Of a DNA stretch of 64,000 nucleotides, positions 38,115-51,462 are shown one piece after another. This DNA comes from Vitrella brassicaformis CCMP3155 (taxonomy: Eukaryota > Protista > Chromerida). Where the stretch lies: the NCBI GenBank assembly GCA_001179505.1, contig CDMY01000488.1, positions 248,001 through 312,000 of the forward strand. Reading direction: 5' to 3'. Below the pieces are notes generated by a model that was given only the letters and a program-made list of their open reading frames with translations, did not search any database and had not been told where the DNA came from. Every line of letters starts with the position of its first letter. The stretch's first letter is position 1. A program made the translations under genes and the position numbers.

Positions 38115-41100
38115 TCCTTCGCCCCCTCAGATGCCCACACGCACCTGTGAGTGATCCCAGGAGAATCCGTGCGTAGAGGTAAGTCCACACGGAGAAGAGC
38201 ACCAGGATGTTGGCAATGTGCCAGCCGGGCCAGGCGGCCCAGAGAGAGAGGAGGTAGAAGAAATCGACGTTCTTGGCAAGCCGGTTGCTGTCTCGGCTGA
38301 ACGACTGCGCCTCGGCCGACCCAGCCCCACACTTGCGGAAGAAGGCTACGAGCTGGTCGAGGTCGTTCGGCCAGCCCTTCACAGCCTGGTGGATGGATCG
38401 CATATAGGCCCGCGCGTGTGTGTGTGTGTGTGGGGGGGGGGGANNNNNNNNNNNNNNNNNNNNNNNNNNNNNNNNNNNNNNNNNNNNNNNNNNNNNNNNN
38501 NNNNNNNNNNNNNNNNNNNNNNNNNNNNNNNNNNNNNNNNNNNNNNNNNNNNNNNNNNNNNNNNNNNNNNNNNNNNNNNNNNNNNNNNNNNNNNNNNNNN
38601 NNNNNNNNNNNNNNNNNNNNNNNNNNNNNNNNNNNNNNNNNNNNNNNNNNNNNNNNNNNNNNNNNNNNNNNNNNNNNNNNNNNNNNNNNNNNNNNNNNNN
38701 NNNNNNNNNNNNNNNNNNNNNNNNNNNNNNNNNNNNNNNNNNNGGGGGGGGGGAGAGGGGGGATGTGTGACCCACCTCAATGTAGTCGACTTGTGAGATG
38801 GAGTACCCCCTCTGGATGACGTTGAGTCCGCAGTAGACATCCTCACTGACACAAATGATGCTGCTCGCCTTGCTCTCGCCGCCCATGGTCTGGATCAGGA
38901 ACCTATCGATGACGTCCGGATGGCCGTAGTGGAGCCGCACTCGGAGAGGCATGTGGAAGGCGCGGGTCTCGAAGACGCAGAAGGTGAAGGGGTTCCAGTT
39001 GGCCGTCCATGAGCATGTGGTGGCGCTGCTGCCCATGGGGGGCTCGCGGAACCCCACTATGCCGATCTTCTGGTCGCGTGCAAACTCCTGCAGCAGGTTG
39101 CGCAGCTTGAAGGCCTCCTCCAGATGCAGCTGCAGACGAGAACAAGACAATGACAGCCAGCCCAGCCCAGCCCAGCCAGCCGTGTGATCTGCTCTATCGA
39201 CTCACTGACCTCCTGGTTCATGTCGATGGCCTGGAGCGTCTCCCCTCGCGTGAAGATGACGGCGTGGTTCTGGTTCTCGGCCTTGCCCTCCCCCACAATG
39301 GGGTTCCGCTTGTGCGCAGGCCCCTCGAGCAGCCCCAGCACCACCCTGTACACCCGCACCAGCCGCTGCTGCTCCTCGTCCCACTTGAACAAAGTGCTGC
39401 ACTTGACGGGCCGTCGCGTGCCGGGCATCTCGCACGACTCCACACACGCGGCCCGCAGGCCGGGGTAGCGCTGCAGCAGCTCGGTGAGCGCGCGCACACG
39501 CAAAGCGGCCGCACGGTTGGCTGTGGCGTTCTTGATATCGTCGCCGAGGGTCTGGGCTGTTACCTGAAGACACACACAGGGAGGCATGTGTGTGTGGATG
39601 TGTGTGTGTTCGGAGGGAAGGGTATGAGTGCACTGACAACGTATTGGAATCGGAGAGTGGCGATGGCCTGGGAAGCGGGGTCGAGGCTGTATGGCTTCTT
39701 CTGATTGCGATTGACCCAACGGTTGTACATGTCCGTGACTAACGAAACAAACAAATGGATGGATGGACCACACAGAGAGAATGAGATGAGAGATGCCCGC
39801 ACAGACAGACAGACAGCCCCCTTCCTTCCCGCTCCTCTTTGCTCACAGATGGACAGCCGTCTGGGTGAGTCGGGCGGCACCGGAACGGCCTGCCAATTGA
39901 GCTTCTTCTCCTGCTCGAAGGTGAGGACGTTCCTGTCTCTGCTGAGGTGGTACCTGTTGCCCTTGACCTCCTGCAACTCCAGCCACGCCAGCACCTGCAG
40001 CGCCTGCTCGTAGTACATGACGCCTCGGATGGTCCGGCACAACGTCTGGCTGCGCATGGACGCCCACTGCTCCATCTCGTCGCGCATCAACCTGATACAC
40101 ACAGACGCACACAGAGAGAGACAGGGATGGATGGATGGATGGATTGTCTTTCTCTCGGGGTGAGTGGGTCCCAACCAGCACACCTGCTGAGCATGCGCTC
40201 GTTGTGGAGGTTCTTGCGAGCGACAGGGTCCTGCTGCAGCTGCTGCTGCAGGGCCTGCCCCTTGAGCGACATGAGTGTCTCCTCCTCCTTCTGGTAACAC
40301 TCGAACAGCACGCCCTGGGGGTCCACCCGCTCCAGGAAGTTCTGCCAATCGGTGGGGTACAGAGCCCGCAGGAACTCTATCTTCGTCACGCCCTCCTGGC
40401 TCTTGCTGTGCAGATCCTGCCACACCACACACACACACACACACACACATGGGGATGTGATGTGATGTGTCGATACGGTACGGTGTCGCTTCCCATCTTT
40501 CGGCCCCCTCACCCTGTCGTCGAGCATGGCGTCTTCCTGGTAGTAGGGTGTGAGTGTGCTCATGGACACCATGCGCATGACCGAAGGCGCCTCGGGGATC
40601 TCCATGAAGAGGGACGAGGCGAATGACTTGAGCCTCATCTGGGCGAGGGCCGTCTTGGGCTTGTAGCTCTGGGCGCGCAGCACGCGACACGCACGGCGGT
40701 AGAAGAGACGCAGGCAGTCGTCTAAGTTGACCACGAAAGGGTTCACGTCGTCCGTCAGATCAAACGGGAAGCTCTTCTGCACACACACACACACACACGG
40801 GGGCGCATGTCAAGCCTCTCATCCATCCATCCATCCCGTCTGCCCCACTCGCACGCACCTCTACATCGCCTTCCCAAGCTGCCCCGGCAGGCCGAATCTT
40901 CAGGCCTTTCTCGTCCACCCGCTCAGGAGAGAGGTCCTTGCCCGTCCCGGGCGCCCCGCTCGCTTCAGCCCCCGTTGCGAAGGCGTTGCGGCCGACAGCA
41001 GCGGTCATGGTGGCGTTGCCCGTATAGCCGTTGGCGTATGACAGGTGGGTGGCCGGGGCGCAGTCGGAGAGGGCGTGCAGGAAGGCCGGCAGCTCGGGGA

Positions 41101-41763
41101 AGGACTGCTCGAAGAGATCCGACTCCAGCACCTGCTTGCCCGTCGACTCCAGCAAAGCCGGGAGCACGATCGTGCCGAGTGTCTGCAGCACACACCCAAC
41201 ACCCATGTGTGTGTGTGTGTGTGTGTGTGTGCGTGGGCGTGCTGTGCCCGCCCTCCCCCTCCCCCCCACACCCGGAGCAGCTTTCGGTTGAAGTCCATGA
41301 GCTTCGGATCGAGCCCGAGGTCGCTGTCGGTGGAAGAGTCGTCCTGTGCGCTCTGCAGGGCGTTGGCGAGGGCCTCGTTGATGTTTTTGAGTGCGGTGAG
41401 GTCGAGGAATGAGAGGAAGAAGGGGTCGCTCCCGACCCTTTGGCAGAGGGCGGAGACGGCCTTGACGAGGGAGGGGCCGTTGGTGTAGTAGCGGGCGATG
41501 TAGAAGGAGAGCGACTCGAACACCTCCAGCAGACCCAGGCGCAGGACGTGCTGCATCTCGCCACTGACATAGAGAGAGAGGGGGGAGAGAGAGAGGGAGA
41601 GACACACAGGCACACAGACGGATGGGTGCCTGTAGGAGTGTATGCTTCACAAGGACCGTTCGCCCTTGAATGAGCCGAGGAGCTTCTCGTAGAACTCGGT
41701 GCCAGCCTTGCGGAAATTGTGCCTCGCACCCGCGCCACTCGTGCCACTGCCGCAATCAAAACA

Positions 41764-41801
<38 letters not shown>

Positions 41802-42757
41802 CATACACACAAGCACACCCCACAGCTGCCCTCCACATCTCACTGACCCGCACACGGCCTCTGCAGCGGACACAGGTAGAGTCTCCAGCAGATACTGGCT
41901 TCTGAAGCTGTGTCTGCGGTGGTGGTCCCGCTGCACGCTCCAGATGTCGGCCACCTTCTGGTGGAACAACTCGCACTCACGGAAGAAGGTGGGGAAGATG
42001 TCGCTGTACAGCCACACCGGCAGACGACACTCGGAGGCATCCCACTCCACACACGCCTCACCCGACCATATGTGCTGAACACACCAGACAGCAGACCACA
42101 GACAGGCACACACAGGTGCGTGTGTTGGTTGCCCCGCGCTCCGTTGCTCTCTCACTTGCAGGTCGGTGAACTGGATGGCGGGCAGCTCGTTGAACTGCAG
42201 CTTGAGCCTCTCGCCGTTGTCGATGATGTCCTCCTCTCGCCAGCTCTCCACCACCTCGTTCCAAATGAACGCGAATCTCCTCAGCTGGTGCTCCACAACC
42301 TCTGCAGGGATCTTGCAGGTGCTCTGCGGGCCACCCAGCAGCTCGCGAGACCACCACCCAGGAGGATGCTGCGGCATGGCGCGTCGCTGCTTCGCCGCGG
42401 CCGTCACTGTGGTGGGTGTGGGGGAAGCTGCGGCGTTGCCCTCAGTGGCGGGCTCGCCCTCCTCGAGCATGCGCGGGCTGACCCCCGGCTTCATCTGCCC
42501 CGTGTGAGAGCTCGGTGGGCTCCGCTCCCGCCCCTGCATGACCCGCTCGGTGGGGGTGACGGAGGTCGTGATGGAGCCGCATGTGTCTGGCGCGTTGACG
42601 ATAGAGGCCGCCTTGAAGTGGCCGGGTTTGAGTGTGGGTTTGGCGTAGAGGGGGCGGGAGTGCTTGAGGAAGTAGGAGGCCGGCTTGGTCTGGGAGCGGT
42701 CTCGGCGGGAGCAGAACCCACAGGTCATGTAGCCGAGGATGGACCACTGCTTGCCAC

Positions 42758-42793
<36 letters not shown>

Positions 42794-45603
42794 GCCAGGT
42801 CTGTGAGTCTAGTGGGGCTGTGGTGGGGAGGGGAGGGGTGGGGCTGTGTGGCTGACCTTGTTGATGAATCCTCCGGCGTCTTGTGAGAGGGTTCGGTCGA
42901 ACTGGAGCGGCAGCAGCCAGAAGACCTTCCTCGCCTGGTCAAGCTCCGTCACGTACCCAATCTGACCACACACACGAACGGCACGAAAGGCGAGAAGTGG
43001 GGGTTGATGTTTGTGTGTGTGTGTGTGTGTCTCACCCCTCTGAAGAAGCCCACTCCCCAGCTCCACACAGCGAGGTAGATGGCGTAGAAGAACTGACCAT
43101 ACATCACACAAACACAAGTCAAGTGGGGGTATCGGTATCGGTGGCGGTGGCTGGCTACCATGATATCGAAGAAAAACACAATCAGGCCGGGGAACCCCAG
43201 CGTGATCAGTGCGCTCCAGCTGGTCGTGTCCTCTATCTCGTAACCCAACGTGTGGTACCTGCACACACGAAACACGCCACACACAGTCGGTACGTCGACA
43301 ATGGTCCAGGGTGTGTGTAGGTGTGTCAGTGGGGTGGTGTGCAGGGGGCTGGCTGACGTGATGGTGGAGTCGGGGTGGCCAATGAACTCGATGAGGTCGA
43401 CGAAGCCGTAGCAGTACACGATGAACGACACACCCACCTTGATCGCCACAATGGGCAGCCAAAAGGCCGCGTACGATATCTGCACAGCAGCCACCACCAC
43501 CGCCACCACACAGACACCCACATGTGTGTATGTGTGTGCCTCGCCCGGTTACTGCCCCTTCCGCCCACCGACGCACCAGGTGCCTGTACTCCTGCACCAG
43601 CAAGAATGGGTTGCCGACGAAGCTGCCGACGTTCTGCCAAGACGGCCCTCTGCGGCAGCACCCTCCAGCCAGGTGCCGGATGGGCCGCAGCAGCAGCAGC
43701 CGCAGACCCTGCAAGCCCCACCACAGCAGGAACAACCCTCCCACACACCCTGCCAACACAGCACAGCACAACCACGCACGAGACACTCTCTGCACGCGAC
43801 GAGAGGCAGCCTCTCCCTCTCTCCCTCCCGCACCGTCGCATTTGAGTGCGGGAGCAGTGGCCCCCCCGGTGACATACGCTCGTACAGCAGCGGCGAAGAA
43901 CCCGACCTTGATGCCGCTGAGCAGCTGCTGGCTTATCCAGTACCAGTGCGTCGTCTGCCTGCAGAGCTCCCGGAGGCGGCTGAGCATCGGCGTGGGGCTG
44001 AGCCAGGTGAAGAGGATGTCCAGGAACACGGCGAAGGCGCCTGCACCGGTGGCTATCATGATGCCCATGCCCCAGTAGACGTCGGAACGAGCTGAGGAGA
44101 CTTGAGACTCGGCTGAAGGGGAAAAGGCGACCATTTGTATGGTGTGGTGTGTTGTCTGGTGAGTCTCTGCCGTACGTCTCATGATTGTGTTGAGCCAGAG
44201 GAGCAGCACCAGCACCAGCACGTGCCACTCGTACACACGCCACCAGGTCCGGAAGAACTGCACACACACACATCCATCCATCCCTCTGTGTGTGTGTGTG
44301 TGTCTGGTGCGCATAGATATCTATCGTACGTTGAGGTAGTGTCTGTGTTCGACGAAGGTCTTCTTGCCGTGGTTGGCCTCGCCGCTCATGAATGAGGGGT
44401 TGCAGGTCCACTGCTGGATGTACCCGAACAGATTGCCATCCCACACGTGCGTCTTGAAGAAGTGGGCGTGCAGCCTGTCCCCCTGCCAAAAGAGCTCGTT
44501 GAAGTCGTCATAGTTGAGCTTCACGGGATGGTCGCCGAAGGGGCGGCTGAACGAATGGCCACACACACACAGACACGGACACAGACACAGACACATGCCA
44601 CGCCTATGTGTCTGTGCCTGTCTGTGTGTGTGCTGACTTCATCTCGTCCCAAAAGAGGGAAATGACGGGTGTGATGGTCTCGAGGTACGAGGGCAGGTTG
44701 GCGGTGTCGACTCGGCCCCATGAGGTGACGAACCAGTGGAAGAGGCAGCAGATCATCTCGGGGCAGTGCCGGAGGTTGGCCGACTCGCCCCAGATGAGCT
44801 TCCACAGAGCCACCTCGCGCGCCATCTGCAGAGGCCGCGAGGTCGGCTCCACCGACGCTATCACGTCCCAGCCGAAAGGCTTCACCTGACAGCCGATAGA
44901 ACACACAGAGGTTGGGGGCGGTCGGTCATGGTGGGGTGTGGGTATGGGTATGGGCACGATTGGCCCACCTTGATGAACCTTGCCCATCTCCTGTAGTTCT
45001 TGAAGAGCCGTCTGTGGTATCTGTAGAGGCAGTGCTCCTCGAGCGACTTGAAGCCCGACTTGCTGACCACCTGCGATACGTCGCCCCCCGTCCCCGCCCC
45101 CTCGTCGCGCAGGATCATCCCCAGCAGCGTGTGGCAGACGTCTTCATACTGATTGAACAGCGAATCCTCCTGTCATACAATCGATGACACGCAGGGAGAG
45201 AGAGAGGGGGGGACAGCCGGGATGACGGATGGGGTGAGGCTCCCTCACTGTCTGTGTGTGTGTGTGTGTGTCGATTGTCTGTCCCATGCCCTCACACCTG
45301 AAACTTGAATCTCTCGAGGCATTCGTCCCAGGCCGTCCGCCCCCCCGAGCTGCCCGCGCCCTGCACGACGAACAGCTGCATCACCCGCTGCAGCTTCCGC
45401 TCCATCTCGACCAGCTGCTGCCGCGAGAAGGACTTCTCCTGCCCCAGGTACTCGATGCCCGTGAAGCGCCCCGAGAGCATGTCAAACAGGTTGGCCTTGA
45501 CGGTCTCGCTGCGGGGCCACTTGACGACCGACATGGCCGACGCCACCACTACAGACGACGCGTCAGCAGAACCAGAAGACTGCCGCCTGGGACCACCCGA
45601 CAT
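36251..45603 (-). CDS. FKS1: 1,3-beta-glucan synthase / callose synthase (GT48, FKS1/GSL family)
   Basis: VALWKLIWGESANLRHCPEMICCLFH, NYDDFNELFW, KKTFVEHR, RRFAFIWNEVV, TLTPYYQED, YPTDWQNFLER, WASMRSQTLCRTIRGVMYY, GEGKAENQNHAVIFTRGETLQAIDMNQ, LEEAFKLRNLLQEF, VRLHYGHPD, SKAS...SEDVY, MLYGRAKYQNAGRG, FLYNPLGFAW, DLRLWQRWM. Stop at 36251. The start at 45603 is the best candidate. Confidence 0.93.
38444..38743. other. Assembly gap (300 N) inside a glucan synthase intron
   Basis: Poly-G flanks. The flanking exons join as DYIE|AVKG, contiguous with the family consensus EYIQ-VGKG. Confidence 0.95.
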
Positions 45604-46209
45604 GGTGAGCGGCCGGGTGGCCGGGTGGCGCGCGTGGTGTCCGTTCGGGCCTTCCCCCTCGTGTGTGTGGTCGGTCGGGCGAAACCAGTTTTCGGCTTCC
45701 TGTGCTCGTGGTCACCAGGCCGCCTTAAGCTGCTGCTCCATCTGCTGTGCTGCCTTCACTGCGTGGCGCTTGGCGGCCGCTCTCCGTGCTGTGTCCGTGC
45801 GTCTTGTCTTCTGCTTGCCGTCCTCTTCGCCTCCGTCGTGTCAAAATAGCAGGCGCCGCCGTTGGACGTTGAAGATGACCCCTTCCGCGAGGGAGAGCGG
45901 TCTGTCAACACAGGCACAGAGAGGCCATAGCGCCGAGCGGGGCCCTTCTGCAATGGAGATCCTCACAACTTTAACAGGCTAAGCTCGCAGCTTTCTAACG
46001 GCCGATCTACTGGAAGACGCGTCTCAGGAAAGGATCACCCCTGGAGAGGACTGATATCTCCCTCCGAGAGAAAGAAACAGGACAACGGTGACTTCGCGCA
46101 GTGAAGGACGACACTGGAGTGATGTGACCAGCTCTACGGCGGGCGCTGTGTGTCTGTGGCAGCGGAGGGCCTCTGCGCCAATTCATCTTTGCTACCAGTC
46201 CAGCAAGCA

Positions 46210-49200
46210 ATGAGGCTGCCTTGGCTAGTTGCAGCAACCGGGTGCTGTTTGGCAGGGTGCCTCAGCGCCGCTGCACACCCCTCGACGTCACACGATGCTG
46301 CCGACTATGGCCTGCTGCGGGTGGCGGGGCCAGGACCTGATAGCGTATTGGAGGAGGAGGAGTCGCTGCCCTCTTTCGACGTCAGCAGGGGTGAGCCTCA
46401 GGGTGAGAGTGTGGATGCCTATGTGAAGCTCGACAGCGTCGCGGCAGTGAAGGAGGACGCCTGTGCTGCAGAGCCGTCCGCACCTGCCGTAAGAGAAGAC
46501 AGATGCCCACACCCACACACCCTGCAAACACGTGGTTTCCTGACTGTCTTGTCTTGTGTCTGTTGTACTGGTCAATCACAAAATGGCAGGTGATTCAGAG
46601 GCCTTTGGCATCGGCGCAGCGGATGGGCGAGAGTGTGGCACGGCGCATTGGCAAGAACCGGGGGGAGGAGTTCTCTCTACTGATCGACACACAAGTGCTG
46701 GACCTGCACACCAAGACCTTCGCTGACGTCGGAGTGGACAGGGAGGAGTGGGAGAGGGTGACGACGGATGCGGTGGAGGCTGTGCGGAAGTATCTATGGA
46801 CGCTCATGCCCTTCGCCTCGCCGATAGTCGTGGCGGCCTTTTTGTTGCTGTGCATATGGCCCATCATGGGGCTGCTGCTCTGCTGCCCAACGTTGCGAAG
46901 GTGAGCCAACTGAGTACACTCCTCGCCCGGCCGGTGAGCGCACTGCACGTGTCTGTCTTTCCCTCCTCTCTCTCTCTGTGTGTGTGTCAGGCTTGGCGAG
47001 AAGCAGCGGGCGCGGGTGATCTATGTGCAGCCGGCTCGGCATCCGACACGCAGGACGCCTTACAGGGATATCAGTGGGGTTCATATCGAAACCAGGGCCA
47101 CCCAGTCCACAGAGGACTCCCCTGACAACACCCACAGCGACGGCGAGAGCACCCCACCGTCACCAGACGACGACCGGGGGCACCATCACCATGACGGCCA
47201 TCGGGATGAGGCCTACTATCCGAGACCACCGCGGCTGTTGATGGGCAAGACGCTCCGGCGGATTCTGTTCTCTGTGTTTGTGTTGATACTGTTGGCGTCG
47301 ATTGGGGTGGCTTTCGCGAGCATCGCGTGGTCGCTGGCACTGCATGACGGGGTGAAGGAGACATTCTGCGCGCTGGCGAGTGTGGCGGACGAGGGCCTCA
47401 ATGGGTCGCCCCCCGACACCCCCCAGCCCTTCATGGGCGTCCTGCCTGCCGTGCAGATGTTGGATGGTTTAAAGACAGACCTGGACCCCTCATCGCCAGG
47501 AGGCGTGATCGACAGCGTAGAGGCCTCGCTGGATAAGACGCTGGACTTCCAGGCCAACCAGGACGAGCTCATCGGCCGCCTCGGCTTCATGATTGGAGTT
47601 TTGGAGGACGAGAAGAACGACCCCATGAAGGAGTCGGATGTCGACCGGCGGACCTACCACGCTTGCCTCTACTGTGAATATGGTGCGAAACACCTGCCTC
47701 CTGAGGGTAGATATGGGCGAATCTCTCTCTCTCTCTCTGTGTGTGTGGGTTTGTATGTGTGTGTGTGTCTTTGGGTGGGTGTCAGGCGCCCCGATCTTGC
47801 GAGAGTTCAATCGCTCGCTGGACGAGGGAATCACCAAGGGCCTCTCAGACATGCGCAGCACCATCAAAGAGAAGCTCGCGTCAGGTTCTGAGGACCTCGA
47901 GCGCCTCACGCAGCGGCTCAACAGCTTCGACTACAACGCCACGGCCCTCTCTGCCGTCACTGAGGACGTCGTCAACAGCACACTCGTCGGGGGCCGCGCA
48001 CAGGTCAATGCGGTGGAGAACGTGCGGCTGGCCGTGTTTGCCGCTGTCGCGTCTCTCGGGGTGGCGATCGGGCTGTGTGGGCTGGTGTACCTGCTTCATG
48101 TCAACTGCGCCATTTCCCGGCTGGAGAGGGGCCGGCAGTCCACGGCGTCATCCATCTTGATCAAACCGGCTGCGTGTCTGTGGTGCAGTCTGATGGCCTA
48201 CGCTGTCCTGGGTGGGTGTGAGTGAGATCAGACAGATCTGTGGAGAGAGGGAGGGAGGGAGGGAGGGAGGGAGAGGCAATGGATCATTCTGCGTGTGTGC
48301 AGTGCTTGTGTTGGGAGGGCTGGTGCTGGTGCTGGGTGTGGCGACCAACGACACCTGCCGCTGGGCGCAGACCAGCGTCCTCGACGCAGAGGGCTTGACC
48401 AAGTACAACGCCCTCCTGGGGGATCTGAGCGACAAGGCCCCGGCAGTGGCGCAGCAGTGCCTCACACGCGGCGGGTCAGGGGACGTGCTGGCCGCCCTCG
48501 GTGTCAAGGGTCAGGTCGACTTCGGCCCCGAAATACGGAAGCAGATCGACCAGCTTGACCAGCTCAAGGACAACGGCACCCTCGACGTCGCACCGCTGCA
48601 GAGCCTGGTGGCCAGTGCGCGGGAGTTTGGATGGCTGTTCTTGCCCGACACCTCGGCCCCCAGCAAGGTGTGTACCCACTCGACGACCTTCCATCCATCC
48701 ATCTTGCCCATATCTCATCGTGTTGTCTCCGCGTGTGTGTGTGTGTGTGCGCCCCATCAGGACGGCCATGATGTGTCTGATGTGCCCTTCGAGGTCTCGC
48801 TGAGTGGCATCCAGGACAAGGACAGGCGGATTGACGAATCCGACACACAAGCCATCATCAAGGAGGCCATCAAGGCGCAACCAGGTGACTTAGCAAGCGC
48901 ACGGCCAAAGCCTCAGCACACGTGTGCGCGCAGACATTGGGGTGCCCTCCTCTCTCTCTCTTTCTCTCTTTCTCTCTCTATGTGTGTGTGTGTGTGTGTG
49001 CGTGTGTGACAGCCATGTCAGGTGTGATCGAGGACGCCATCTTCAGCAGCAACGTCACCATACTGGGGCTGGAGGAGTACCAGGCCATCATTGAGCCCTT
49101 TTTCTTCGCGGCTCTCCAGAACGGCTGGACGATGGACCGGGCCATGTACGAGATCACCTCGACGTTCGACCCTGATGTGAGCAAAGTCCTCACACACCCA

Positions 49201-50385
49201 GGCTGTCAGTCATCGTGTTGCCCTCTCTCTATCTACCCTTTTACGCAGGACGCCATTGTGAGCACGGAGGCGCAGCGTCGAGCACGGGAAGCGTCCAATG
49301 ACACCGACACGAGGAGAGAGGTCCGCAGAACGAACATAGCCAAGTTTCTTTGCTCTCCGCACCGTACCGTCTGTCTGTTGTGTGTGTCTGGCTATCTGCA
49401 GTACATCCGGATGTACGAGAACATGGTGTGGTGGGCGGTGCGGAAGCAGCGGCTGCGTGACCCGTCATGGGTCAGCTTCGACTGCCCAACGTGGCCAGAC
49501 GAGAGCCAGGGCAGCCCGTGCTCATACCAGGAGTTCACGGCCTACCTCGTCGACGACCTCGCTGCGCCCGTCTATGAGGCGGTAGGCAACTGTCAGTCAG
49601 TGGCACCAAGCCGCACCCCACCCACACGTGGGTGGATTCTCACGTGTGGTCACTCACTTCGTGGTCGTTGTGGAGTGGGCAGGGTGAGCGGTTTGTGGGT
49701 GCGGTCGACAAGGCCAAAGGCGAGCTGCACGATAAGCTCAGTGACGTGCTCGACGGTACGCGACTGACAGCGGCAGACAGCTGCGGACGCTCCTCTTCTG
49801 ATGTGCAGACGCATGTGTGTGTGTGTGTGTGTGTGTGCGTATGCAGGTGTGCTGTCTCGCGTCGATGTGCTGCTTGATGGCCTGAACTGCAGTAAGACAC
49901 CCAACACACACACACACACACACTGACACACACGTGTGTCTGTTGCCATATACCCCATGTGCGGTGTGTGCAGAGGTCATGTACCGCGGAGCCCAGACCG
50001 TGTCCGACCGGCTGTGCGAGAGAATAGTCCCCAACACGGTGCGTGAGGCAGACACAGGCGCACATGCCGGCCGGGCATCTGCATGAACAGGTTCCATGCA
50101 TCTCCCTGCTGTGCAGGTGTTGGTGGCTCTGTCGTGGGTCGCCCTCGGCGCATTGGCATTCATCTCGGCTGCACTCTTCTTCACCGTATGTGAAACACAA
50201 CCACCCACGCGACTCGTGCAGTGCACATCAGCACTCTATCGCCCCCTCCGTGTGTTGCGTGTGGTTTCTGACTGACACGTGTGTGGTGTGTGCAGCTGTG
50301 GTTGAACCTGCGGCGTGCTGCCGACTGCTGCCCCCTGCAGGAGACCGATGCAGGAGAGGAACAAAGCGTCACGAGCGAAGCGTAG
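46210..50385 (+). CDS. Signal peptide plus five-TM glycoprotein with two large loops (prominin/tweety-like topology)
   Basis: MRLPWLVAATGCCLAGCLSAAA signal. TM1 IVVAAFLLLCIWPIMGLLLCC, TM2 ILFSVFVLILLASIGVAFASIAW then TFC, TM3 LAVFAAVASLGVAIGLCGLVYLL, TM4 CLWCSLMAYAVL|VLVLGGLVLVLGVATNDTC, late LNC|KVMY...DRLCERIVPNT|VLVALSWVALGALAFISAALFFT|LW. Several N-x-S/T sequons. About 13 exons, stop TAG at 50383-50385. Confidence 0.65.
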
Positions 50386-51462
50386 ACAAGGCTTGACACA
50401 CTCTGCCTGCCAGGCAGACAGACAGATGCCGGCCGACTGGGGGGGTGGGTGGCTGCTGACTGATTGATCTGTGTAACTGTGTAAGTAAGTATTCGTCCCC
50501 ACAGAGAGTGAATGTACTGTAGTCTGTCATCACCTGTATAGCGGTGGGGAGCAAGCAACGTGTTTTTGAACGCATGGACGCACTGGCCGGCTGCAGTCAG
50601 TGGGGGACAGACCAGACCAGACCAGGGGAGGGATGGGATGGGACGGGATGGGGGCGGGTGTGGTGTCGATACGTGCGTGCCGTGTGTGCGTCATGCATCG
50701 AGTCATTGGTTTGGTCCTTTTTTGTACAGCGGGGATGGATGGATGGATGGATGTGGTTGAGTGAATTTGTCGCTGGGTGGACGAGTGAGTTACTATCGCT
50801 GTCGCTCGCATTATTAATGATGATCGCGTTCATTTGTTAGTCAGCCGGGGCCAGAGGGGCAGACAGACAGACAGACAGACATGCAGACGTATTGACGCGC
50901 GTGCCCGCGTGTGTGTGCGTGTGTGTTTGGTTGAGCTGACGATCTTATGGCTTCCTGTCGTGGTTCTGGGCACCGAACTTACGGGCATCCGTGTGGGTGC
51001 ATGTCTCGACTTGCGGACGGACTGACCGATTGACAAAAAATAGTCACTGAGTTGGTCTGAACGCCTGGCCTCATCCCATGCACCGAAGTCCATGGCCCTT
51101 TGGGCACATGGGCACCGCACCCGGCCGGACACTCACTCCTCACTCACACAAACAAGAAGCCCTGACTTAGCGAGGCATGGCTTAAGGAACTTCGACTTAA
51201 TGCACAATGCACCGCACACACCACCAACAATACACAGCAGACTGTGGGAGGGAGGGAGGGAGGGGGGCACCGAAAAATGGCACAATCACAGCATGTTGGT
51301 ATGTCACAATTAAGGCCTTGAATACTTCTTGGCTCGACTCGTCGCTGGTAGACTTGGCACGGAAAATTGTCCTGGAGAGGGAGACATGACGGACACAGCC
51401 ATTCGCTTGCCCGGTGCGTCGCCTGTCCGTTACCTCCCGAATTTCTCCGGATGTATTGGCCT

